Shown: positions 1 through 10,015, counted from the first letter of the stretch. The stretch: 31,451 nucleotides of DNA from an uncultured Oscillospiraceae bacterium (GCA_964612315.1 CAZTEA010000001.1:1-31451), one strand, 5' to 3'. A program made the numbers and translations. Notes: generated by a model not told the origin, from the sequence alone.

Positions 1-1437
1 CGCCAAAGCATTTCCTTTTGCAACGGCAAGAATTTTTCCGTCAGCTTCATCGCTATCGTATCCGCAAAATACCGTAGGCTCTTTGATGAACTTGAAAATA
101 TCCTCTTCCCAAGCCGCATCCTCCATATCACCTCTTGCGATTCTTGCTCTTTCTTTCTGCTCGTTCATAAGGGCATTAAATCCGTCTTCATCAACCGAAA
201 TCCCTGCCTCATCGGCAATTTCCTTTGTAAGGTCAATGGGGAAGCCATAGGTATCGTAAAGTTTAAATGCCTTATCCCCCTCCAAAGAGGTTTTACCGGA
301 AGCTTTTATTTCCTTTATATAATCTTCCAAAATCACAAGACCCTGGTCAATTGTCTCCGCAAAGCGACCCTCTTCGTTCTTGATAACCTTTTCGATATAT
401 TCAAATTTTTCTTCAAGCTCAGGATATGCGCCCTTTGACTCTTCCATAACGGTTTTGGCAATTTTGTAAAGGAAAGAACCCTCAATTCCCAAAAGTCTGC
501 CATGTCTTGCCGCACGGCGAAGAAGTCTTCTTAAAACATAGCCTCTGCCCTCATTAGAGGGAAGAACGCCATCCGACACCAAAAATACTGTACTTCTTAT
601 ATGGTCGGTTATTACACGGATAGACACATCTGTATTCTCGTCTTTGCCGTATTCTTTACCTGCAATTTCACAAGCGTGATCCAAAACCTTTCTGATTGTG
701 TCAACTTCGAAAATTGAAGTTACGCCCTGCATAATGCACGCCATTCTTTCAAGACCCATACCCGTATCTATATTCGGATGGGCAAGGCGATTATAGTTGC
801 CTTGGTCGTCTTTGTCAAACTGTGTGAAAACCAAGTTCCAAAACTCAACAAATCGGTCACACTCACAGCCAACCGCACAATCGGGACTTCCGCAGCCGAA
901 TTCTTCGCCTCTGTCAAAATATATCTCGGAGCAAGGGCCGCAAGGACCTGTTCCGATTTCCCAGAAATTGTCCTCTTTACCCAAGTAAACAATTCTGTCG
1001 GGGCTGACGCCTACTTCTTTCGTCCAGATTTCAACAGCCTCGCTGTCGTCCTCGTAAACGCTGACCCAAAGACGGTCAACTGGAATTTCCAATACTTTTG
1101 TTATAAATTCCCATGCCCAAGCGGTTGCCTCATGCTTAAAATAATCTCCGAAGGAGAAGTTACCCATCATTTCAAAGAAAGTGCCGTGACGGGCAGTTTT
1201 TCCCACTCTCTCAATATCGGGAGTTCTGATACATTTCTGGCAAGTGGTCACTCTCTTTTTGGGCGGCACTTCTTTTCCCGTAAAATACGGCTTAAGAGGC
1301 GCCATGCCCGCATTTATCAAAAGCAAGCTTGCATCGTTTTGAGGCACCAAAGGGAAAGACGGAAGTCTTAAATGCTCCTTTGACTCAAAAAACGAAAGAT
1401 ACTTTTCTCGAATTTCATTTAATCCTAACTTCTGCAT
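1..1437 (-). CDS. alaS: Alanine--tRNA ligase, N-terminal 479 codons (runs off the left edge, so missing from the ORF track)
   Basis: Manual translation of the minus strand: [52 protein letters not shown]...[19 protein letters not shown]...[12 protein letters not shown]...DHIRS...[15 protein letters not shown]...[19 protein letters not shown] precedes the ATG at 1437 (alternative in-frame ATG at 1446). Confidence 0.97.
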   Translation of the reverse strand, partial: MQKLGLNEIREKYLSFFESKEHLRLPSFPLVPQNDASLLLINAGMAPLKPYFTGKEVPPKKRVTTCQKCIRTPDIERVGKTARHGTFFEMMGNFSFGDYFKHEATAWAWEFITKVLEIPVDRLWVSVYEDDSEAVEIWTKEVGVSPDRIVYLGKEDNFWEIGTGPCGPCSEIYFDRGEEFGCGSPDCAVGCECDRFVEFWNLVFTQFDKDDQGNYNRLAHPNIDTGMGLERMACIMQGVTSIFEVDTIRKVLDHACEIAGKEYGKDENTDVSIRVITDHIRSTVFLVSDGVLPSNEGRGYVLRRLLRRAARHGRLLGIEGSFLYKIAKTVMEESKGAYPELEEKFEYIEKVIKNEEGRFAETIDQGLVILEDYIKEIKASGKTSLEGDKAFKLYDTYGFPIDLTKEIADEAGISVDEDGFNALMNEQKERARIARGDMEDAAWEEDIFKFIKEPTVFCGYDSDEADGKILAVAKGNALA

Positions 1438-1488
1438 AAAAACCATTCCTTTATTTATTATAAGCTTTCGCATAATATACCAAATAAC

Positions 1489-1517
1489 ATTATAACAACA
1501 AATCCCCGATTAGTCAA
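1489..1517 (-). promoter_or_regulatory. Sigma-A promoter for alaS (TTGACT-17-TATAAT)
   Basis: Minus strand reads ttgact aatcggggatttgttgt tataat, about 50 nt upstream of the alaS start and just downstream of a terminator. Confidence 0.8.
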
Positions 1518-1526
1518 GAAAAATAC

Positions 1527-1553
1527 AAAAAAAGGACGGGAAATCCGTCCTTT
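1527..1553 (-). terminator. Intrinsic terminator ending the putative ncRNA
   Basis: Minus strand AAAGGACGG-auuuc-CCGUCCUUU, running into a 7-U tract in total. Confidence 0.85.
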
Positions 1554-1700
1554 ATATTAAAATCAGATTACAGACTCCCTCGTTTTCCGGTCCCCGCCGT
1601 TGCAGCTAAGGGGTTGATGAGATAATAACTTAACTGCAACGGAGACCTAATAATGAGGAGTACCGGCAATCTGAATGCCGGTCAAAACCGTATTATTTAC
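1527..1700 (-). ncRNA. Putative ~175-nt structured non-coding RNA of unknown family (6S-like rod or pseudoknotted fold)
   Basis: Bracketed by a perfect promoter and an intrinsic terminator; no ATG on the transcribed strand; several nested helices including a 12-bp stem with G-U pairs (GUUGCAGUUAAG/CUUAGCUGCAAC). No T-box motifs. Family not recognised. Confidence 0.7.
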
Positions 1701-1706
1701 TTTTTT

Positions 1707-1735
1707 ATTATACATAAAGCTTCCTATTTTGTCAA
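1707..1735 (-). promoter_or_regulatory. Consensus sigma-A promoter (TTGACA-17-TATAAT) driving the putative ncRNA
   Basis: Minus strand reads ttgaca aaataggaagctttatg tataat. Confidence 0.85.
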
Positions 1736-1804
1736 CGAAAAAGCCATATTTAATAAAATTCGCAAAGAACTTCATAAAATTCATCAAATTTTTCAAATTT
1801 CCTA

Positions 1805-1832
1805 TTGACAAATGCCAAAATCGTGCTATAAT
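1805..1832 (+). promoter_or_regulatory. Sigma-A promoter of the ctsR operon (TTGACA-16-TATAAT, extended TGn)
   Basis: ttgaca aatgccaaaatcgtgc tataat upstream of ctsR. Confidence 0.85.
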
Positions 1833-1841
1833 GTAATCATA

Positions 1842-1864
1842 GGTCAAAGAAAGTCAAAGTCAAA
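1842..1864 (+). promoter_or_regulatory. CtsR operator (heptad direct repeat) plus an extra partial half-site
   Basis: GGTCAAA-GAA-AGTCAAA matches the established RGTCAAA-NAN-RGTCAAA consensus and is followed by GTCAAA; it lies just downstream of the -10 of the ctsR promoter. Confidence 0.9.
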
Positions 1865-1883
1865 AAGGTTTAAGGTGGATAAA

Positions 1884-2333
1884 ATGAAACTAAGTAATTT
1901 AATTGAAGAATTTATAAAAGATATGATGGAAACGGAAAACGGGGCGGTGGAGCTTCAAAGAAACGAGCTTGCCCTTCGATTCAATTGTGTTCCCTCTCAA
2001 ATCAACTATGTTATTTCGACAAGATTTTCACCCGAAAAAGGGTATATTGTAGAGAGCAAGCGAGGCGGCGGCGGATATATCAAGATTACCAGAGCCTCGT
2101 TCGGCGACAGCGAAAACTATGTAAAAAAAGTTCTGTCGCTTATCGGCGATTATCTTTCTCAAACCGATATGAACGCAATCGTTCAAAATCTTTACGAGCT
2201 TGATATTTTAACGGAACGAGAAGGTAAAATCATTATTGCGGCGCTTCGTGACAATGCAATTTCCGTTCAGCCGCCACAACGAGATTTTATAAGAGCAAAA
2301 ATGCTCAAAAACATATTGGTAAATATTTTATAG
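1884..2333 (+). CDS. ctsR: Class III stress gene repressor CtsR
   Basis: MKLSNLIEEFIK...LQRNELALRFNCVPSQINYVISTRF...VESKRGGGGYIKI (tetraglycine thermosensor loop). Start moved to the ATG at 1884 because the ORF-track start overlaps the promoter. Confidence 0.96.
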   Translation: MKLSNLIEEFIKDMMETENGAVELQRNELALRFNCVPSQINYVISTRFSPEKGYIVESKRGGGGYIKITRASFGDSENYVKKVLSLIGDYLSQTDMNAIVQNLYELDILTEREGKIIIAALRDNAISVQPPQRDFIRAKMLKNILVNIL

Positions 2334-2345
2334 GAGGTAATAATT

Positions 2346-2843
2346 ATGAAATGTCAAAATTGCAATGAACGGGAAGCCAACACCCACATTCAAAAAATCA
2401 TAAACGGAAAGAAAACCGAATATCATCTTTGCGAAAAATGTGCCTCTGAACTCGGAGATTTTTCATTCAGCTTCAGCGACGATTTCGACAACTTCTTCGG
2501 AAACTTTTTTAACACATCTTCAAAAAATCTGAAAATGCCCGTTAAAAATCTTTGTCCCGAGTGTCAAATGTCACTGCGTGATTTTTCCACCAAAGGGCTT
2601 TTGGGCTGTGGAAAATGCTATGAAAGCTTTAAAGAAGCTCTCTCAAAGCCGCTGCGGCAAATTCACGGAAGCGTTTCGCACACAGGCAAGATACCGCAAA
2701 AAAGTATGAAGAAAATCAGCACAAAACAGAAAATTCAAAAACTTCAGGCAGAGCTTGATGCGGCAGTTTCGAACCAAGAATTTGAAAAAGCGGCAACTCT
2801 CCGTGATAAGATACTTGAACTTCAGAAAGGAGCGAATGAATAA
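2346..2843 (+). CDS. mcsA: McsA, zinc-finger/UVR-domain activator of McsB
   Basis: Four CxxC motifs (CQNC, CEKC, CPEC, CGKC), C-terminal UVR motif (QEFEKAATLRDKI), AGGAGG RBS, position between ctsR and mcsB. Confidence 0.95.
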   Translation: MKCQNCNEREANTHIQKIINGKKTEYHLCEKCASELGDFSFSFSDDFDNFFGNFFNTSSKNLKMPVKNLCPECQMSLRDFSTKGLLGCGKCYESFKEALSKPLRQIHGSVSHTGKIPQKSMKKISTKQKIQKLQAELDAAVSNQEFEKAATLRDKILELQKGANE

Positions 2844-3844
2844 TGTGGTACACAAAATTCGGCAATATGGGCGATGTAATTTTGTCCTCACGGGTACGCC
2901 TTGCCAGAAATCTTAACGACTTTCCTTTCCCGCACAAAGCCGACAGCGTTCAAATCGAACAAATCACCGACATCTTAAGCCGTGCGGCTTTAAAAATAAA
3001 AGATACGAAATTTTTTGACCTTTCCGCCATGAGCAAAACAGAAAAAACCGCTCTTTCCGAGCGGCACATTATCAGTCCCGCCATGATAGACAACAGCATA
3101 AAGAGAGGTCTTGTCCTATCGGACGACAATGCCCTCAGCATTTTGATAAACGAAGAAGACCATCTTCGGATTCAAGCCATGAAGGAGGGCTTTAACCTTG
3201 ACGAATGTTTAAATGTCGCCATGGAAGCGGACGACATCATAGAAAACAGCGTTGAATACGCATTTGACGCAAAGCTTGGCTATCTTACCGCCTGCCCCAC
3301 CAATGTGGGAACAGGTCTTCGGGCTTCCGTCATGGCGTGTCTGCCCGGTCTTAAAATTGCCGGCAAGATAGAGTCTTTGACTCGCTCTCTCGCCAAGGTC
3401 GGCATAACGGTGCGAGGTATTTTCGGAGAGGGAAGCAAAAGTCTGGGAAATATTTTTCAGATATCCAATCAAGTAACTTTGGGTATGAGCGAAGAAGAAA
3501 TTATTGATAAACTCAAAGAAGTTATTGAAGAAATTATTATTCAGGAACGAGAAACCGAGCAAAAAATCTTTGCATCCGACAAAATCAGATTAAAAGATCA
3601 TATTATGAGGTCCTTCGGCACGCTGAAATATGCCGAAGTTATGACCTCGGGAGAGGCAATGAATTTATTTTCTGATGTTCGGCTGGGTATAAATTTGGGT
3701 ATAATAAAGGAAACGGACCTTGAAAAGCTCAGCGAAATTTTATACACCACTCTCCCCGCTACATTGGCACAAAATTATAACTTAGCCACCGCCTCCGAGC
3801 GTGATATCAAGCGTGCTGAGGTCATAAAAGAAAAATTGGGCTAA
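2843..3844 (+). CDS. mcsB: Protein arginine kinase McsB
   Basis: ATP:guanido phosphotransferase motifs [40 protein letters not shown]; TAATG overlap with mcsA. Confidence 0.95.
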   Translation: MWYTKFGNMGDVILSSRVRLARNLNDFPFPHKADSVQIEQITDILSRAALKIKDTKFFDLSAMSKTEKTALSERHIISPAMIDNSIKRGLVLSDDNALSILINEEDHLRIQAMKEGFNLDECLNVAMEADDIIENSVEYAFDAKLGYLTACPTNVGTGLRASVMACLPGLKIAGKIESLTRSLAKVGITVRGIFGEGSKSLGNIFQISNQVTLGMSEEEIIDKLKEVIEEIIIQERETEQKIFASDKIRLKDHIMRSFGTLKYAEVMTSGEAMNLFSDVRLGINLGIIKETDLEKLSEILYTTLPATLAQNYNLATASERDIKRAEVIKEKLG

Positions 3845-3870
3845 AATACACCGAAAGGACGGTAATTACC

Positions 3871-6351
3871 ATGTTTGAACAAAAACTTACCGAAAGAGCA
3901 AGAGAAGCAATTGCGCTTTCCGAGGATTGCGCAAAAGAAATGGGTCACAACTATATAGGAACAGAACATCTTTTGTGGGGACTTATAAGCGAAGGCGAAG
4001 GAGTTGCCGCAAAGGTACTGTCTTCAAACGGCCTGACCCCCGAAAAAGTAGAAAAGAAAATAGATGTTTTAATCGGCACAAGAGAGCCGATTGACGAAAT
4101 CACCACAGGCTTTACACCGAGAACCAAGTCGATTTTGGAGCGTAGTTATTCCGAGGCTATGCGATTGGGACACAGCTATATCGGAACGGAACATATCCTT
4201 ATTTCCCTGCTCCGTGAGGGAGGAAGCCTGGCTGTAAGAATTTTAAGTGACAGCGGAATAAGTATTCAAAAAGTCTATAACGATATTATAAAATCCGTTC
4301 AAGAGGATTCCGAGCAGGAAGAACGCCCCGACCGTTCCTCCCGTTCCGACTCTCCGAAAGGACGAGGCAAGGGAAAAACACCGACCCTTGATAAATTCGG
4401 AAGAAATCTTACCGACATGGCAAGAGATTTAAAGCTTGACCCCGTTATCGGCAGAGACAGCGTTATTGATAGGGTTATTCAAATTCTTTCAAGGAGAACA
4501 AAAAACAATCCGTGCTTAATCGGTGAACCCGGCGTGGGAAAAACCGCCGTTGCGGAGGGACTTGCCCAAAAAATAGTCAGCGGCTCCGTGCCCGAGGTGC
4601 TTAAAAACAAAAAGGTTATAACCCTCGACCTCTCCTCCATGGTGGCAGGTGCGAAATACCGAGGCGAATTTGAAGAGCGGTTAAAAACGGCTATGGACGA
4701 AATCCGCAAATCCGGCGACATAATCTTATTCATTGACGAAATCCATACCATAGTGGGCGCCGGTGCGGCTGAGGGTGCAATCGACGCGGCAAACATTTTA
4801 AAGCCTGCACTTTCTCGAGGCGAAATTCAAGTTATCGGTGCAACAACCATTAACGAATACCGAAAATACATCGAAAAAGATACCGCCCTGGAACGCCGTT
4901 TCCAGCCTATTCAGCTGGCCGAACCCACAGTTGAGGAAGCCATCGAAATTCTTAAAGGAATTCGTGACAAATACGAGGCGCACCATAAAGTAACCATAAC
5001 CGACAAGGCAATTGAAGCCGCCGTTAAAATGTCCGTTCGTTATATCCCGGACAGATTTCTTCCCGACAAGGCAATCGACCTTATCGATGAAGCGGCATCA
5101 AAAATCAGAATGAAAACCCTGACCGCTCCGCCGAGCATTAAAGAGTTAGAGGACGAAATAGACACCGTCCGCAAGGAGAAAGAGGCGTCAATCACCACTC
5201 AGGAATACGAAAAAGCAGCAAAACTGCGTGACAAAGAGCAGGCTCTTACCCAAAAGCTTAAAGAAACCAAAGAAAATTGGGAAAGCACAAGCAATTCCGC
5301 AATAAAAACCGTTACTCCCGAGGAAATCGCCGAAGTTATCTCAACCTGGACGGGAGTTCCCGTAAAATCCATTTCGGAAAACGAGGGGCAGCGTCTTTTA
5401 AAACTCGAAGAAACTCTTCATAACCGTGTTATCGGTCAAAACGAAGCGGTTGTATCAATCGCCAAGGCTATCCGCCGTGGTCGTGTCGGGCTTAAAGACC
5501 CCAAACGCCCAATCGGCTCATTCATCTTCTTGGGTCCCACGGGCGTTGGCAAAACCGAGCTTTCAAAAGCCTTGTCCGAAGCTATGTTCGGTGACGAGGA
5601 CGCTCTTATCCGTTTGGATATGTCGGAATATATGGAAAAACACACCGTATCCAGAATGATCGGTTCTCCTCCGGGATATGTCGGTCACGAAGAAGGCGGT
5701 CAGCTTACCGAAAAAGTTCGGAGAAAGCCGTATTCCGTTATTCTGTTTGACGAAATCGAAAAGGCACATCCCGATGTTTTCAACATCCTTCTGCAAATCC
5801 TCGACGATGGCGTTTTGACGGATTCCCAAGGCAGAAAAGTGGATTTTCGAAATACCGTCATTATTATGACCTCCAATTTGGGAGCAAGACTCATTACCGA
5901 AAGTAAAAATCTCGGTTTTTCCGCCGGTGATGACAAAAATACAACCCGTGATTACGAACAAATCAAGTCCGATGTTATGGGTGAAGTAAAACGGGCTTTC
6001 CGTCCCGAGTTTTTAAACAGAGTTGACGATATTATTGTATTCCATCAGCTTACCGACGACAATATTAAAAATATTGCCGAAAAAATGCTTAACAATCTTA
6101 AAGACAGATTGGCGGCAAACGGAATAGAAGCCAATTTCACGGCAAAAACAACAGAGGCAATTGCCAAAAAAGGTTTTGACCCGATTTACGGCGCAAGACC
6201 TCTCCGCAGGGCAATTCAGTCCGACATTGAAGACCTGATTGCCGAAAAAATGCTTGACGGCAGCATAAACGAGGGCGACCGAATAACCGTTGATTATGTA
6301 AAAGATAATTTCACCGTAAAGCATCGAAAAGCGTCAACCGCAAAAGAATAA
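3871..6351 (+). CDS. clpC: ATP-dependent Clp protease ATPase subunit ClpC
   Basis: Two Clp-N repeats ([20 protein letters not shown]), Walker A GEPGVGKT and GPTGVGKT, Walker B FIDEIH and [11 protein letters not shown] coiled coil; follows ctsR-mcsA-mcsB. Confidence 0.97.
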   Translation: MFEQKLTERAREAIALSEDCAKEMGHNYIGTEHLLWGLISEGEGVAAKVLSSNGLTPEKVEKKIDVLIGTREPIDEITTGFTPRTKSILERSYSEAMRLGHSYIGTEHILISLLREGGSLAVRILSDSGISIQKVYNDIIKSVQEDSEQEERPDRSSRSDSPKGRGKGKTPTLDKFGRNLTDMARDLKLDPVIGRDSVIDRVIQILSRRTKNNPCLIGEPGVGKTAVAEGLAQKIVSGSVPEVLKNKKVITLDLSSMVAGAKYRGEFEERLKTAMDEIRKSGDIILFIDEIHTIVGAGAAEGAIDAANILKPALSRGEIQVIGATTINEYRKYIEKDTALERRFQPIQLAEPTVEEAIEILKGIRDKYEAHHKVTITDKAIEAAVKMSVRYIPDRFLPDKAIDLIDEAASKIRMKTLTAPPSIKELEDEIDTVRKEKEASITTQEYEKAAKLRDKEQALTQKLKETKENWESTSNSAIKTVTPEEIAEVISTWTGVPVKSISENEGQRLLKLEETLHNRVIGQNEAVVSIAKAIRRGRVGLKDPKRPIGSFIFLGPTGVGKTELSKALSEAMFGDEDALIRLDMSEYMEKHTVSRMIGSPPGYVGHEEGGQLTEKVRRKPYSVILFDEIEKAHPDVFNILLQILDDGVLTDSQGRKVDFRNTVIIMTSNLGARLITESKNLGFSAGDDKNTTRDYEQIKSDVMGEVKRAFRPEFLNRVDDIIVFHQLTDDNIKNIAEKMLNNLKDRLAANGIEANFTAKTTEAIAKKGFDPIYGARPLRRAIQSDIEDLIAEKMLDGSINEGDRITVDYVKDNFTVKHRKASTAKE

Positions 6352-6357
6352 TTTCTT

Positions 6358-6391
6358 ATCCCCGACAGAGATAAAGCTGTCGGGGATATTT
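6358..6391 (+). terminator. Intrinsic terminator of the clpC operon
   Basis: 11-bp stem ATCCCCGACAG/CTGTCGGGGAT followed by ATTTT. Confidence 0.75.
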
Positions 6392-6431
6392 TACTGTACG
6401 AAAACGCAAAAATTTTTATCTTTGCCACCGT

Positions 6432-6460
6432 TTGACAATATCTTTGCTCAGATATATAAT
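6432..6460 (+). promoter_or_regulatory. Consensus sigma-A promoter (TTGACA-17-TATAAT) for the aldo/keto reductase
   Basis: ttgaca atatctttgctcagata tataat. Confidence 0.8.
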
Positions 6461-6504
6461 ATAATTAAGAAGTTAGGAAATTCGGACAAGCCAAAGGAGC
6501 CACT

Positions 6505-7467
6505 ATGGAATATAAAATTTTAAACAACACGGACCTTAAGGTAAGCTCTGTTGCCCTCGGCACAGATGTCTACGGCACGGTTCTCGATACGGAGCAATCC
6601 TATAAATTACTTGACACTTATGTAAGTTCGGGCGGAAACATTATCGACACCGCCCTAATCTATGCCAACTGGTTTCATCTCGGAGAAAGCCTCAGCGAAA
6701 AACTGATTGGAAAATGGATGAAAGAACGACATAACCGTCACGAAATAATATTGTCCACAAAAGGTGCTCATCCCGAAGTTATGGGCATAAGCCGTTTATC
6801 CCGTGAAGAAATTTTGAGCGATATTGACAAAAGTCTTAAGCATCTTCAAACCGATTATATTGACATATATTGGCTTCACCGTGATGACGAAGCGCTTCCC
6901 GTCGGTCCCGTTATGGAAACTCTCGGCGAAATTGTTAAAAGCGGAAAGGCAAGATATATAGGAATGTCCAACTGGACGCATCGACGAATACAAGAGGCAA
7001 ACGACTACGCAAAAAAGCATAATCTTCCACAGCTTACGGGAAGCCAAATTCAGTATAGCGCCGCTGTGCCCAATGCGGAAAACAACGATCCCACCTTAGT
7101 CTTAATGAATGACGAGGAATACAACTATTTTACCGAAACAAAAATGAGTGTTTTTGCTTACGCCTCTCAGGCAAAGGGATTTTTTTCGAAATACGATATC
7201 GGCGGCGAGGCTAATCTGAATGAAAAGGCACGGCATCGGTATTTCAATGAGAAAACTTTGCGTCGATACAAAAAAATCAAGGAAATTTCATTACAAACAG
7301 GCAGAACCGTCGGTGAAATTGCCATCGGGGTTATTGCAAACAATCCAAATTTCCCCACCATTCCCATTGTGGGGTGCAAAAATGTTAATCAACTTAAAGA
7401 AAGTATGTCGGGAAGCAACCTTTGTCTTGACAAAGATCTGATTTCTTTTATTCACTCAAGAAAATGA
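6505..7467 (+). CDS. Aldo/keto reductase family oxidoreductase
   Basis: LKVSSVALGT, IDTALIY, STKG, SLKHLQTDYIDIYWLHR, GKARYIGMSNW, IPIVGCKNVNQLKES; catalytic D/Y/K/H present; AAGGAG RBS. Confidence 0.92.
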   Translation: MEYKILNNTDLKVSSVALGTDVYGTVLDTEQSYKLLDTYVSSGGNIIDTALIYANWFHLGESLSEKLIGKWMKERHNRHEIILSTKGAHPEVMGISRLSREEILSDIDKSLKHLQTDYIDIYWLHRDDEALPVGPVMETLGEIVKSGKARYIGMSNWTHRRIQEANDYAKKHNLPQLTGSQIQYSAAVPNAENNDPTLVLMNDEEYNYFTETKMSVFAYASQAKGFFSKYDIGGEANLNEKARHRYFNEKTLRRYKKIKEISLQTGRTVGEIAIGVIANNPNFPTIPIVGCKNVNQLKESMSGSNLCLDKDLISFIHSRK

Positions 7468-7567
7468 AATAAATTTTTATAAAACTATTGTAATGGATAA
7501 TTATTTGTGATAAAATAAATTGTGTATGTATTGTGAACATAATTGCTAAAGAAAAGCTGGTGTATAT

Positions 7568-8851
7568 ATGGAAAAATTTGTAATCTTGGGAGGTGCCGGA
7601 CTTTCCGGTACGGTAGACATAAGCGGCGCAAAAAATTCTGCCGTCGCCCTGATAGTTGCCGCCATTATGGTAGACGGCGTCTGTATAATTGAAAATGTGC
7701 CCGAAGTAACCGATACTTATGTTTTGGCTGAAATCATAAACAAGCTCGGCGGGAAAGCCGAATTTATCAATAAAGGCGTTTTAAGAATCGACTGCACCGC
7801 ACTCGATTGCTTTGAAGCCTCTTACGAAATGGTCGGAAAAATCAGAGCTTCCTCCTATCTTATGGGTGCTCTGCTCGGTCGCTTTAAGCAAGCTAAAGTT
7901 GCCCTCCCCGGCGGCTGTGACTTTGGTATAAGACCTATAAATTTGCACCTTAAAGCCTTTAACGCTTTGGGCGCAACGCATTCTATCGAATACGGACTTG
8001 TGGACATTCAGGCAGATGAGCTTAAAGGAACATCCGTTTATATGGATCAGGTTTCCGTCGGCGCAACCATAAATGCAATGTTTGCCGCAACCTTTGCCGA
8101 GGGGCAAACAATTATCGAAAATGCCGCAAAAGAGCCGCATATCGTTGATGTTGCCAATTTTTTAAACTCTATGGGTGCCAACATAAAAGGCGCCGGCACC
8201 GATATTATTAAAATCAAAGGTGTTGATTCTTTAAAGGGCGGCACTTATTCCGTTATTCCCGACCAGATTGAAGCGGGAACTTTTATGATTGCCGCTGCCG
8301 CAACGGGCGGTGATGTAATCATCAACAATGTTATTCCCAAGCATTTGGACTCGCTTTCCGCAAAGCTTATGGAAATGGGTGTCACCATCGAAGAGGGGGA
8401 TGATTTTGTTCGGGTTATTGCCGACAAGCCCCTTAAAAAAGTTAATGTTAACACAATGCCCTATCCCGGTTTCCCGACCGACCTTCAACCGCAGATGGTT
8501 GCTCTTTTAACTATCGCAAACGGAACAAGCATTGTTACCGAAAATGTCTGGGACAACAGATTTCAGTATATCAATCAACTGACCCGAATGGGTGCGGAAA
8601 TCACCGTTGACGGTAAGATTGCCGTAATTGAGGGAGTTAAAAATTTAACGGGTTCACCCGTTTCCTCCACCGACCTCCGTGCCGGTGCCGCATTGGTTAT
8701 TGCGGGACTTATGGCAAATGGTGTTACCGAGGTATTCAATCTTAAATACATCGACCGAGGCTATGAAGATTTTGTGGAAAAGCTTCGAGGCATAGGCGCT
8801 CAAATTACAAGACGAACCTTTGAAGAAAACACGACCCAGATAATTGCTTAA
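7568..8851 (+). CDS. murA: UDP-N-acetylglucosamine 1-carboxyvinyltransferase
   Basis: ISGAKNSA, KIRASSYLMGALL, LPGGCDFGIRPINLH (active-site Cys retained), IPDQIEAGT, PYPGFPTDLQPQ, TDLRAGAALVIAGL, IDRGYE. Confidence 0.96.
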   Translation: MEKFVILGGAGLSGTVDISGAKNSAVALIVAAIMVDGVCIIENVPEVTDTYVLAEIINKLGGKAEFINKGVLRIDCTALDCFEASYEMVGKIRASSYLMGALLGRFKQAKVALPGGCDFGIRPINLHLKAFNALGATHSIEYGLVDIQADELKGTSVYMDQVSVGATINAMFAATFAEGQTIIENAAKEPHIVDVANFLNSMGANIKGAGTDIIKIKGVDSLKGGTYSVIPDQIEAGTFMIAAAATGGDVIINNVIPKHLDSLSAKLMEMGVTIEEGDDFVRVIADKPLKKVNVNTMPYPGFPTDLQPQMVALLTIANGTSIVTENVWDNRFQYINQLTRMGAEITVDGKIAVIEGVKNLTGSPVSSTDLRAGAALVIAGLMANGVTEVFNLKYIDRGYEDFVEKLRGIGAQITRRTFEENTTQIIA

Positions 8852-8874
8852 ATATATTGATTGAGGTGAAAAAT

Positions 8875-9972
8875 ATGAAAAAATTTGTCAGCTTTCTTAT
8901 CAGCGCAATAATGATTATCGGAACAATGCCGGTTTTTGCTCAAACGCACACCGCATTGCCCGCCACCTTTAATGTATATGTAGACAGCGAAATGTTTCTC
9001 TCCGATAAACCCGTTTTGGTTATTGACGGAAGCACATATCTTCCGCTTAAAGCCACAGGAGAGGCCTTGGGCGTGTCCGTTCTTTGGAACAGCGACAAAA
9101 GATGCGTTGAAGTAAGCAGTACAAAAACAGCCCCCTCATCCGAAAACACCGTTAATGCGGTTGCCAACTTGAAAGACAGTTTCACGGCAGAAGATGCAAC
9201 ATTTAAAATTTATGTAAATAACAACGAATTTGTTTCGGATAAACCGATTTTGGTTATCGACGGAAGCACCTACCTCCCTCTTAAAGCATTGGGCGATATT
9301 TTGGGAGTGGATGTTTCATGGAACGACATCTGCAAGCGTGTGGAAGTTGGAAATTGCTACAATCTTATTGCCGACACCGCAGAAAAGAAAGCCGTTGCCG
9401 ATATTGTTACAAATTACAGCAAAAGCTTAATGTCTTTAAGCATTGACGAAGCTTTGGAAAATATAGCGCCAAACAGCGCTCTTTATCAAGACATCCTTAG
9501 TATGGGCGACATTTCAAAAGAAAGCATCGTGGACGGAATTATTACCGCTCTTGATGAATACGCTTCCGAGAACGATATGGAAGGGCTTTTTAACAAGTGC
9601 CAACCTGCCGCTGAAAAGCTCGTGGATGATATTTTTGCGTTATTCTCGCTGAGAGTTAACAACATAGATATCAGCGAAAACAAAGCAATCATACGCTGCA
9701 CGGCAACGGTTCCCGATTATACCCAAATTGATTTGGCAAGTATTCCGGAACAGACCGAAAAGCTGATGACCTCAGAAAAATATGCCGCTAAAATTGCCGA
9801 CATTATGATTTCTCCGAGCGATGAGGCTTTCGCTATGTTCCAAGAGTTGATTGCTGAAATAATATATGATGTTATGTCATCCGACTTAAAAAATCTTCCC
9901 GCAACAAAGACAGACACAACCATTACTTTGGAGAAAATCAACGGTCATTGGCTTATAACCGCTGACGAATAA
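8875..9972 (+). CDS. Secreted protein with two copper-amine-oxidase N-terminal-like (stalk) repeats and an alpha/beta C-terminal domain of unknown function
   Basis: GAGGTG RBS then MKKFVSFLISAIMIIGTMPVFA signal peptide; two repeats with the PVLVIDGSTYLPLKAxGExLGVxVxWN pattern; C-terminus ends TITLEKINGHWLI. Confidence 0.8.
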   Translation: MKKFVSFLISAIMIIGTMPVFAQTHTALPATFNVYVDSEMFLSDKPVLVIDGSTYLPLKATGEALGVSVLWNSDKRCVEVSSTKTAPSSENTVNAVANLKDSFTAEDATFKIYVNNNEFVSDKPILVIDGSTYLPLKALGDILGVDVSWNDICKRVEVGNCYNLIADTAEKKAVADIVTNYSKSLMSLSIDEALENIAPNSALYQDILSMGDISKESIVDGIITALDEYASENDMEGLFNKCQPAAEKLVDDIFALFSLRVNNIDISENKAIIRCTATVPDYTQIDLASIPEQTEKLMTSEKYAAKIADIMISPSDEAFAMFQELIAEIIYDVMSSDLKNLPATKTDTTITLEKINGHWLITADE

Positions 9973-9985
9973 TTAAGCAAATTTT

Positions 9986-10015
9986 AAAGACGAATGCGTT
10001 TGCATTCGTCTTTTT
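9986..10015. terminator. Probable bidirectional intrinsic terminator
   Basis: AAAGACGAATGC-gttt-GCATTCGTCTTT with a T-run on the right and an A-run on the left. Confidence 0.8.

Noticed and set aside
333-1371. ORF-track entries 333-515, 768-992, 778-1371 and 797-988
   Set aside because: They are shadows or alternative frames of alaS, which occupies 1-1437 on the minus strand with unmistakable motifs.
1660-1685. HDV-like ribozyme (GACCGGC...GCCGGU resembles HDV P1)
   Set aside because: Only about 9 nt lie between the two P1 strands, too few for P2, P3 and L3; no P1.1 or J4/2 equivalents.
1527-1700. T-box riboswitch for alaS
   Set aside because: No T-box (GGUGGUACCGCG-like) antiterminator motif, no GA/AG motifs or Ala specifier loop, and alaS has its own promoter downstream of the terminator.
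1653-1808. 51-aa plus-strand ORF MRSTGNLNAG... and the 66-aa minus-strand ORF 1647-1847
   Set aside because: Both run through promoter elements and the structured RNA, have no matching promoter and show no protein features.
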